A DNA stretch of 64,000 bases. It comes from an uncultured Bacillota bacterium (GTDB taxonomy: Bacteria; Bacillota_I; Bacilli_A; RF39; UBA660). Made by a program: the position numbers and the translations under genes. The stretch spans positions 9,549-73,548 of the forward strand of contig CAMJOB010000001.1 in assembly GCA_946407495.1 (NCBI GenBank), read 5' to 3'. The first letter of the stretch is position 1. Each line of letters opens with the position of its first letter. Below, piece by piece: positions 1-7,714 of the stretch. Below the pieces are notes generated by a model. That model searched no databases. It saw only the letters and a program-made list of their open reading frames with translations, and was not told the origin of the DNA.

Positions 1-64
1 TATACCCATACATATTATAAATCCTAAAACTCCACATAGACGTTTACTGCTGAACTAACCATTT

Positions 65-286
65 TCAGCACTTAGCATTTCTCTAAACCAATTCATTTCT
101 TTTATGAGATATATGATATTTGTTACACACTTTACATAGATAAACTATGTAATCTTTTAAATTCATTTTCTTAATATATTTAAACGCATCTTTTTCAGTT
201 TCAAAAATTATCTTAGTTTTACCACGTTTATTATAATGACAACGTGGTTTCTTATTTTGTAGATTACTTCTTGGAGCTAATTTCAT
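65..286 (-). CDS. small basic Cys/His-rich protein (possible zinc ribbon); standard ORF 83..286 ends in TAG, frame continues 6 codons to TGA at 65-67
   Basis: ORF track 83..286; terminal codon on minus strand is TAG (plus 83-85 = cta); CxxxxH...CxxC..H..H spacing. Confidence 0.3.
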
Positions 287-528
287 AATTATTTCAAATT
301 ATATAATACCAATCATCTCTTTTCTTCTCATTATCTAAATCATATTTAATATAATTGCCATTCTGGAAGTATACACTCTAATTAGCATAGTCCCATTTAA
401 AATAACCAACGTAATTTGGTAATAAGGCTGTTTTTCCTGCTTTAATTAATTTTTCAATTTCGCTGTATTTCATAATTACGATAATAATACATATTTATTT
501 TAAAATAACAAAATTTAACATTTAAAAA

Positions 529-559
529 TTTGATTTTGAAATTTTAAGATATATATTTG
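529..559 (+). promoter_or_regulatory. Bacteroidetes-type promoter candidate (TTTG 529-532, 19-nt spacer, TATATTTG 552-559) upstream of gene 587
   Basis: match to TTTG-N19-21-TAnnTTTG consensus read directly in the AT-rich intergenic 287-586. Confidence 0.35.
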
Positions 560-586
560 ATTATAATTTAAAAATACAATTTATTT

Positions 587-982
587 ATGGACGTAGTTAG
601 TTTATTTAATTTGTTTTTTCCTGATTTCGATAATACAATCGAAAAAGACGGAAAGATTTACCGAGTAAAACTCGAAGAAATCGAAAAAGAAGACACAGTA
701 AACGTAGCTGATATTAAAAAAGATATTGATAGTTACGTTGAAGACATAGATGCAGAAATCTGGAATGATGCAACAGTTATTTTTTCAAGGAAATATAATA
801 TTGCTTATTTCGATAGATTGTTAAAGAAAGATGTTTTAACAAAAGAAGAATTTTCTCAACTTGTAAACGCATTTACTGCTCTTAAAGAGTGTGTAGCAAA
901 TGCAGCACAAGCAAGGATTAATTATTTAACCGACAAATATTTATCAAGTGATGCTTAGACAAAAGCTAAAGTTGAAGACTGA
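587..982 (+). CDS. acidic hypothetical protein; one in-frame TAG (956-958), stop TGA 980-982
   Basis: ORF 587..958 continues in frame through TAG to TGA; acidic, coiled-coil-like composition. Confidence 0.4.
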
Positions 983-1187
983 ATCACTGATTAATGATAT
1001 TAAGGAAGTTAAAAGAATTGCTTTAGAAAATAAATTAACAAATGAACAGTGGTTCATAGACTTTGAAGACCAACTTAATCAATTAAGTGGAATCGAAGTT
1101 ATTAATACCTGTATAGAGTTATTTCCTAAACTCACAGGTACAGCAGAAGAAAGATTAAACAAATGGATTCAATATAAAAACTATTGA
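948..1187 (+). CDS. hypothetical protein (79 aa), overlaps end of previous gene in another frame
   Basis: ORF track; TGA stop. Confidence 0.3.
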   Translation: MMLRQKLKLKTESLINDIKEVKRIALENKLTNEQWFIDFEDQLNQLSGIEVINTCIELFPKLTGTAEERLNKWIQYKNY

Positions 1188-1198
1188 ATCCTTAATAT

Positions 1199-1270
1199 TC
1201 CCTTATGGTGTAATGGTCAGCACAGGAGGCTCTAACCCTCTTAGTCTGCGTTCGAATCGTAGTAGGGGTA
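1199..1270 (+). tRNA. amber suppressor tRNA, anticodon CUA (reads UAG); short variable arm and mismatched 1:72 pair favour a Gln-type identity
   Basis: Manual cloverleaf: acceptor tccctta/taggggt (U1:U72 mismatch, A73), U8, D-stem gtgt/gcac with aatggtca loop (G18G19), anticodon stem ggagg/cctct, loop cTCTAac (U33, CUA, A37), 4-nt variable, T-stem ctgcg/cgtag with TTCGAAT loop; no encoded CCA. Confidence 0.8.
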
Positions 1271-1342
1271 CTTCTTCATACTTTTCACGTCACTAAGGTA
1301 TCGGATGACCTTATTGATTTTTACTGTTTTTAATCATGATAA

Positions 1343-1376
1343 AAGGCGGCTTCGTTGTGAAACGAGGTCGCCTTAA
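1343..1376. terminator. bidirectional rho-independent terminator between tRNA/+ genes and the minus-strand gene
   Basis: 12-bp stem aaggcggcttcg / cgaggtcgcctt (two G-U) with 8-nt loop, followed by aatttattat; also U-rich on the other strand. Confidence 0.55.
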
Positions 1377-1380
1377 TTTA

Positions 1381-2079
1381 TTATACATTTCTTGCAAATT
1401 TAAGTCTACTACCATAATTAGCATATCTTTTATCTGGACGTTCATAACCATCCATTACAACACGTGTTGCTTCTTCAATAGTTTTAGTCTTTTTAAGTTT
1501 TTCTAAAACCTTTGAATATCCATTATTTAATTCATGCCAAACATAATCTAATTGTTGTTTTTTAGATGGAGTATATGTTCCTGTAAAATTGCGAAGACCT
1601 ATTTGTCTATCTTTAGAAGTCCATTGTGCTAATCCATAACCTGTTATTCCATCTATTTTTAAACTACCTCTTTTACCACCTTGAATGATATTATGAATAC
1701 CACCTCCTGATTCGTGTAATAAATTACCAACTAAACCGCGTGCTTGATTATATGTTAGTCCTTTATTAACAAAATAATTAACCATATCATTATTTGAAAA
1801 TTTTTCCTCAACAGATGATTCTCGATTAACTATTTCATTTGGTAAAAACCTATCAAAATAATTAAAGCCTTCGTATTTAGAAATAGGATTATTTTCTTCT
1901 GGTTCTTGAAAAGGATTTTCAGTATTTTGATAACTTTTAAGTTTTAAATTATCTAAATTTAAATTAGGAGAAGATTCCATTAAAGTTGCTTCATTTATTG
2001 GAATATTCTCATATGGCATATTATATTCACCAGCTTCAACAGGATTATAATATACAAAAGGAACATCATTAACATTCAT
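1381..2079 (-). CDS. lysozyme-like peptidoglycan hydrolase domain protein (phage tail-lysozyme-like HESGG / GLAQWT motifs); no TAG codons
   Basis: ORF 232 aa; C-terminal half has GNLLHESGGG...GYGLAQWTSKDR motif block reminiscent of phage tail lysozyme family; only convincing minus-strand gene in window. Confidence 0.45.
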   Translation of the reverse strand: MNVNDVPFVYYNPVEAGEYNMPYENIPINEATLMESSPNLNLDNLKLKSYQNTENPFQEPEENNPISKYEGFNYFDRFLPNEIVNRESSVEEKFSNNDMVNYFVNKGLTYNQARGLVGNLLHESGGGIHNIIQGGKRGSLKIDGITGYGLAQWTSKDRQIGLRNFTGTYTPSKKQQLDYVWHELNNGYSKVLEKLKKTKTIEEATRVVMDGYERPDKRYANYGSRLKFARNV

Positions 2080-2164
2080 AATTTATAATTTTTATTTTTA
2101 ATTTTACTTTTTTACTTGTAGAATGATTCTAATTTGTATTTTAATTTTTATTAAACATTTTTAG

Positions 2165-2210
2165 TTTGATTTTTACAAAAATAAACATATCTTTGAATAT
2201 TACAAAATAT
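2165..2210. promoter_or_regulatory. divergent promoter region: + strand TTTG(2165-2168)-N19-TATCTTTG(2188-2195) and minus strand CAAAaaTA(2176-2183)/CAAA(2203-2206)
   Basis: both orientations of the TTTG / TAnnTTTG motif pair seen in the 2080-2258 intergenic between divergent genes. Confidence 0.3.
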
Positions 2211-2258
2211 TTATAAAATTAAAAATTATTTTAATAAACGTGATAATGTAAATGTTAT

Positions 2259-4172
2259 ATGGAAATTACTAAACAAAACGGAAATATATGTTTCGCAGAA
2301 AAAGAACATATATATTGGGATCAAACAAATCCTAATGCTAAATATGTATCTGTAACTACTTTGATACATAGTTTTACACAACCTTTTGATAAAGAATTTT
2401 GGTCAGCGTATAAAGCATTAGAAAAAATATTAGATGCAGAATCTTGGAAAATTTTAAAGAAAGAATTATTACAAACTAAGAAATTTACTAAAGAAATTCT
2501 TTCAAATTATGATGTTCAAGAAATTGAATTTAATAAAGTACAACAAGATATACTAGATGACTGGCAACAAGAGAATTTTAAATCTTGTGAACGTGGAACT
2601 AAAATACACGCAGAATTAGAAAATTCAATGTATGAAATGGGAGCTAATGTAACTCTTAAAAAATTCGGAGTAGGTGGTACATTTACTTGTGAAAAAAATA
2701 GAACAGCATTAGACTTAGAAAATGGAGTTTATCCAGAATATCTTATTTCATACGAATCTCCAGATGGAATATTAAGAATAGCTGGACAAATTGACTTACT
2801 TGTTAAACGTGGTAACAAAGTTATAATAATGGACTGGAAAGGACTTCCTTTAAACACAAATATTCCTACACCCGATGGATTTAAACTATTAAAAGATTTA
2901 AAAGAAGGAGATATTATTTATGATAAAGATGGAAATTTTACAAAAATTTTACATAAATCAGAAATTCATAATAATCCTTGCTATAAAATAATTTTTGATA
3001 ACGGTGATGAAATAGTCGCAGATCATGAACATCGTTGGGAAATTTCTTTTAAAACTCAACCATCTTCAAAATGGCATGGTGAGTATAGACAAGAAGTTAT
3101 GACTACTGAACAAATTGCTAATTATTTAAAGCAAATTAAAGATAAAAAAACTTCTTATAATATTCCAAAAATATTAAATGCTAAACCTATTAAAACTAAT
3201 AATATAGATTTACCAATTGATCCATATGTTTTAGGTTGTTGGTTAGGAGACGGATCAAAACAATGTGGAATTATAACAAACGAAACAAATAATGTTTTAG
3301 GAGAAATTCAAAGAAGAGGATATACATTAGGAAACGATATTTCTGGAGAAAATAGAACATCTTCTTATACAATATTAGGAATATATTCAGCATTAAAACA
3401 ATTAAATTTAATTAATAACAAACATATTCCAGAACAATATATATTTAAAGCTTCTTATGAACAAAGATTAGATTTACTTAGAGGATTAATGGATACTGAT
3501 GGTTATTATAATCCAAAACGAAAAAGATTTGTAATGGAAACATCGCAAGAATGGCAATGTTACGATTTTATAAAACTTTTAGGAAGTTTAGGAATAAAAG
3601 CTACTAAATTTGATATTATTAAAAAATTAAATGGAAAAGAATTTCATGAATATAGTATTAATTTTAGTACATTATCTTTAAATCCTTTTTTAATGAGAAA
3701 TCAAAATATTGAATTTCCTATTAAAGATAAATGTTCTTTTAGAAATATAGAATCTGTAGAATTATGTGAAACTATTCCTACTCAATGTTTAGAAGTAGAT
3801 AGTCCTAGTCATACATTTTTATGTACTGAAAAATTTATAGTAACACATAATACGAATAAGAAAATTGATTTAAAAGGAGGATTTAATACTCAAACTAAAT
3901 CTACAGCTAAAATGCAATATCCATTAAATACATTAGATGATTGTAATTATATGCATTATACAATGCAATTATCTACATATGCTTGGATGATTAATAAATT
4001 ATTTGGATTTGAAATAGAAGATTTAATTCTTGTGCATTTTGACCATAATGGAAATAAAACGGTATATCATTTAGATTACTTAGAAAAAGAAGTAGAAAAT
4101 ATGCTCAAATTCCACAAAAAGAATTTATTAAAAGAAATACAGAGAAATAAAAGAGTTCCTATAGAATATTAA
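2259..4172 (+). CDS. PD-(D/E)xK (RecB/Cas4/YqaJ-like) nuclease interrupted by an intein; N-extein 2259-2840, C-extein 3852-4172; no TAG codons
   Basis: extein motifs GQIDLL (D), IIMDWK (DxK) and QLSTY (QxxxY) flank a 337-aa Hint+LAGLIDADG insertion; single 637-aa ORF. Confidence 0.65.
   Translation: MEITKQNGNICFAEKEHIYWDQTNPNAKYVSVTTLIHSFTQPFDKEFWSAYKALEKILDAESWKILKKELLQTKKFTKEILSNYDVQEIEFNKVQQDILDDWQQENFKSCERGTKIHAELENSMYEMGANVTLKKFGVGGTFTCEKNRTALDLENGVYPEYLISYESPDGILRIAGQIDLLVKRGNKVIIMDWKGLPLNTNIPTPDGFKLLKDLKEGDIIYDKDGNFTKILHKSEIHNNPCYKIIFDNGDEIVADHEHRWEISFKTQPSSKWHGEYRQEVMTTEQIANYLKQIKDKKTSYNIPKILNAKPIKTNNIDLPIDPYVLGCWLGDGSKQCGIITNETNNVLGEIQRRGYTLGNDISGENRTSSYTILGIYSALKQLNLINNKHIPEQYIFKASYEQRLDLLRGLMDTDGYYNPKRKRFVMETSQEWQCYDFIKLLGSLGIKATKFDIIKKLNGKEFHEYSINFSTLSLNPFLMRNQNIEFPIKDKCSFRNIESVELCETIPTQCLEVDSPSHTFLCTEKFIVTHNTNKKIDLKGGFNTQTKSTAKMQYPLNTLDDCNYMHYTMQLSTYAWMINKLFGFEIEDLILVHFDHNGNKTVYHLDYLEKEVENMLKFHKKNLLKEIQRNKRVPIEY
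2841..3851 (+). mobile_element. intein (Hint domain with LAGLIDADG homing-endonuclease core) inserted in the nuclease DxK motif; atypical Gly at position 1
   Basis: block A-like GLPLNTNIPTPDG...GDIIYDKDG, block B DHEHRW, LAGLIDADG motifs LGCWLGDGS and LRGLMDTDGYY, block F/G ...HTFLCTEKFIVTHN followed by +1 Thr. Confidence 0.75.
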
Positions 4173-4271
4173 TCTGAGTAGATATATCGTAACTTTATAT
4201 TTTAGAGTATTGTAATTTTAAAAATCAAATACTAAAAACAACATTAATTAAAATCGAAAGGATTAATATTT

Positions 4272-4559
4272 ATGGGAATTATAAATCAAAGTAAAAATAT
4301 AATACAAGGACATATAAATGAGTGGTTTAATTTAAGTGAAGACCTTTCAAGTAAAAGAATAGCCATTTGTAAGAAATGTCCATTATACAGACAGAATACT
4401 CCTGGACTTGGTGAAACTTGTGATAGGAGAAAGTGGTTAGATCCAAAAACAAACGATGTGTCTTTAGAAAAGAAAGACGGTTATATTAGAGGATGTGGTT
4501 GTAGATTGCGGGCTAAAACCACACTTCCTGAAACAATGTGTCCCGCATTTAAATGGTAA
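4272..4559 (+). CDS. Cys-rich small protein (CxxC...C...GCGC...C), possible Zn-binding
   Basis: ORF track 95 aa; TAA stop; no TAG. Confidence 0.35.
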   Translation: MGIINQSKNIIQGHINEWFNLSEDLSSKRIAICKKCPLYRQNTPGLGETCDRRKWLDPKTNDVSLEKKDGYIRGCGCRLRAKTTLPETMCPAFKW

Positions 4560-5158
4560 TATGTAATATGAATAATCTTAATAGAACAACTTTAACAGAA
4601 CAAGAAAAATTCGCATTAAACGTAGCAAAAGCAAATGGACTCTCAGGAGACCTTTCAGTAAATAATCAAGACCTTAACGTAATAGTAGATCGTGAAGCTC
4701 GTGCTAAATTCAACGATGAAGTAGATAAATTTAACGAAGCTACTATTGATTATGAGAAAAAGATTCACGAAGCTAATGAAAGGCTTTCTAAAGATATGAA
4801 CAATATTGAGTGTAAACCTTTATTCCAATATATTCATGTTGTACCTTATGATACAAACCCATTCCAGAAATTGGAAAAGAAAGGAAATCTTATAATTCCA
4901 ACTTATGAACCTACACATTTCAGTAATGAAACAGGTAAAGAAGAGAAAGATAAACCTTATATTATTGTAGCTGATGTTGTAGAGATTGGACCTGAGGTTA
5001 AATTTGTAAAGCCAGGTGATGTAGTAATGTATCTTAGAATAAATGAACTCCCAGTTCCTCTTTATAATACAGGAATTAAGTGTGTTCAAGAGCGTAGTGT
5101 TATCGCTGTTATTAATGAAGGATTAAGTGAACGTTTTAAAAATATAACAAACAACTAA
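4553..5158 (+). CDS. GroES-like (Hsp10 fold) protein with N-terminal coiled-coil extension; start among ATGs 4553-4568 uncertain
   Basis: C-terminal ~100 aa follows GroES pattern: KPLFQYIHVV / KKGNLIIP / IIVADVVEIGPE / VKPGDVVMY / ERSVIAVI; no TAG. Confidence 0.4.
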   Translation: MVICNMNNLNRTTLTEQEKFALNVAKANGLSGDLSVNNQDLNVIVDREARAKFNDEVDKFNEATIDYEKKIHEANERLSKDMNNIECKPLFQYIHVVPYDTNPFQKLEKKGNLIIPTYEPTHFSNETGKEEKDKPYIIVADVVEIGPEVKFVKPGDVVMYLRINELPVPLYNTGIKCVQERSVIAVINEGLSERFKNITNN

Positions 5159-5159
5159 T

Positions 5160-5381
5160 ATGGAAGAAAAAATATATTTCATGCCAGGAGACATAGTAAG
5201 CTTGAAGTAGGATATTCCTAACAAGCCTACTATGCTTGTGGTTAAAAAGGAAACCTATATCTTTAAAAATCAAAAAGATAAATAGGATAATGGTTTAATG
5301 GGAATTCGTTGTAGATGGTTCGCAAATGATGGAACTCTACAAGAAGCAATTTTTAATACAAAAGATCTTATAAAACTATGA
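5160..5381 (+). CDS. DUF2158/YodC-like small protein (73 codons, two in-frame TAG at 5208 and 5283)
   Basis: MPGDIVSLK-x-DIPNKPTMLVV ... GIRCRWFANDGTLQEAIFNTKDLIKL matches YodC family pattern; ATG overlaps upstream stop, TGA overlaps next ATG. Confidence 0.55.
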
Positions 5382-7120
5382 TTAACTATTTTCAACAAGG
5401 AGGACAAGTTGCTGATGAAAAGCAACAAATGCAAGAAATGTTTATGCAGTATCTTGCAGAAAAATATCAAACAGAAGATATAAACGCATTAGTTTAGCAA
5501 TTATAGTCAGAACCAGGTGAAACAGGTGAAACTAAATTAGAAGATGAATTAATCTCATTTCAATAGATGTTACAACAAGGTGGACAAGCACCATTAATGG
5601 CAGAAAAAGGAGCAAAATTAGATTATATTAAATCACTTAAAGGATTTTGTCCAGACGGAACACAAGTTGAATATTATAAAAATGGTAAGAAAATTTGTGG
5701 TAAGTGTATTGCTAAACAAGAAAATGGTGCTAAAATGAACCAGAAGAAATTCTTTACTCCAGCTGATGTTCCATCTGCTTGTAAAGGAGGAAAAGCTAAG
5801 AAATCTTGCAATGGTGCTAAACTTACTAAGAAATGTAAAACAGGTGGAACCATAGAATTTTTTCAAAAAGGAGGAACTCCTAAACTTCAAACTATAACTG
5901 TTGATGGTAAACAATATGGTCGTTATAAAGCTGGACAGCAATGGAGAGAAGTAAATAATGGTAAATTAGGTTCTGCTAAATACGATATTCGTAATGGTAA
6001 AGCACAAATCTTATTAACTAAGGCTGCTAAAGAGCGTGAAGCAAATGAATCAACTGTAGTAAAAGCAAGTGGTGCAAATGCTAAAAACGCTAAATATGGT
6101 AAAACATATAGAGGTGGAGTTTATGCAAATGCTGCATCTCAAGCTGAAGCTGAGAAACGTGCTATTAACGATAAAGTACAATATTACGATTATAACGGTA
6201 AAGTTTATAAAACTAAGTGGAATGATACTCCAACTGCACAAGGTGTAATTGATAATAGAGTTGAAATGGCTGGTCTTTACGGAAACGACTTAGGTTGGCG
6301 TAATTCTGGACGTTATAATGCTAAATCTAGACAGCATCGTAATAATGAAAGAATTTCTGCAAACGGAATGTCTGATGCACAATTTAATGCACAAATTGAT
6401 GCACAAAGACAACAACAATTTGCTGATCAACATAACGCAGAACTTGCAGATAGAGATTTAGCAAAACGCGCAATTGCATCTGAACTTATGGATGCTTCTA
6501 CAGCAGGTTTAGCACGTGGATTTAATCCATTCGGATATACAAATGATATAGTTAATGGAAATTATGGTTCACTTGCAGGTAGAGGTGTTGAAGCAGGTCT
6601 TACTCTCGCTGGTGGATCACTTATGCCTAAGATTCCTGGTATGCACAGACTTGGAAGATATTCTGATGTATTAAGACTTAGTTTAAATAAAGGATTTGAC
6701 AAAGTTGATAATTTCTTATGGAATGGTGTTCCTCAAAAAATTGTAAGTTGGGGTGGACGTTATATGCCAAAGAATAATGGTGGCTTTGTTAGAACTTATT
6801 TTGCTGAACCTTCAATGAGAACAGGTTTAGAAAATGCTAATCCTGTTGATTTAACAGTTAATATTGGAGGTAAGATGGCTAAAGGTGCTGTTGAAGGTGC
6901 TAAAAATGCTGGTAGCAAGATTGGAACAAGTCTTTCTGAGTTTGGACAAGATGTTGGTGCATTAGGTAGACAAATTGGACAAGGAGTTAGTAACACTGGT
7001 GCTAAAGTTAAAAACGCTTGGGTTAATCATCCTGATGATGTTATGTTAGGTGCTGGAGTTATAGTTCCTTCAAGTACAGCAGTTGGAATAGCTGGATATA
7101 ACTATTTTAATAATAAATAA
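5378..7120 (+). CDS. hypothetical Gly/Lys-rich protein (580 aa) with three QQGG-type motifs and Cys pairs; 3 TAG in first 80 codons, none after
   Basis: frame 2 continuous from ATG 5378 through TAG 5537, 5546, 5603 into ORF 5567..7120. Confidence 0.5.
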
Positions 7121-7127
7121 TTGAATT

Positions 7128-7712
7128 ATGCAAAAGATCTTTGTATACAATAATGGAACAGGACAAATTGAATTAAACATTCCTGAAATAATTTTAATTG
7201 ATGAATTTCATGCTTTGATGGATAATAAGAGAAATGTTTGTAAAGAAGATCCTGAAGGTATTCAACATTTAAGAGCATTTAGAGAATTTACTTATATTTG
7301 GTTAGCTATTGATTGGTTAAGTTTATATAATGATTATTCTAATCAAGAAAGACACCAAGAAGCATTAAGAGATTCTCAATTAACTGAAGAAGAATTTAAT
7401 GATCCTATATTTAGAGCAGCTTGTAGAAAATATCGTGAATTACAAAACTCAACACGATCAATTAAACTTTTACAAGCTGCTCAATTAACAGTAGATAAAT
7501 TTATTGACTACTTTACTAATATAGACCCAGAAGAAAGAGATCCTCAAACTGGAAAACCTATATTTAAAGTAAAAGACATTATGGCAGAAATGTCTAACCT
7601 TAGTAAAGTGTTAGAAGAATTGAAAATTTTAACTGACCAAGTTAAGAAAGATACACAAGCTGAATCTAAAATTAGAGCAGGAGCAACAGAAGGATATACT
7701 CCTAATTTTTAA
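7128..7712 (+). CDS. hypothetical protein directly upstream of TerL (terminase small subunit candidate by position only)
   Basis: ORF 194 aa, no TAG, TAA stop 2 nt before TerL ATG. Confidence 0.3.
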   Translation: MQKIFVYNNGTGQIELNIPEIILIDEFHALMDNKRNVCKEDPEGIQHLRAFREFTYIWLAIDWLSLYNDYSNQERHQEALRDSQLTEEEFNDPIFRAACRKYRELQNSTRSIKLLQAAQLTVDKFIDYFTNIDPEERDPQTGKPIFKVKDIMAEMSNLSKVLEELKILTDQVKKDTQAESKIRAGATEGYTPNF

Positions 7713-7714
7713 TT

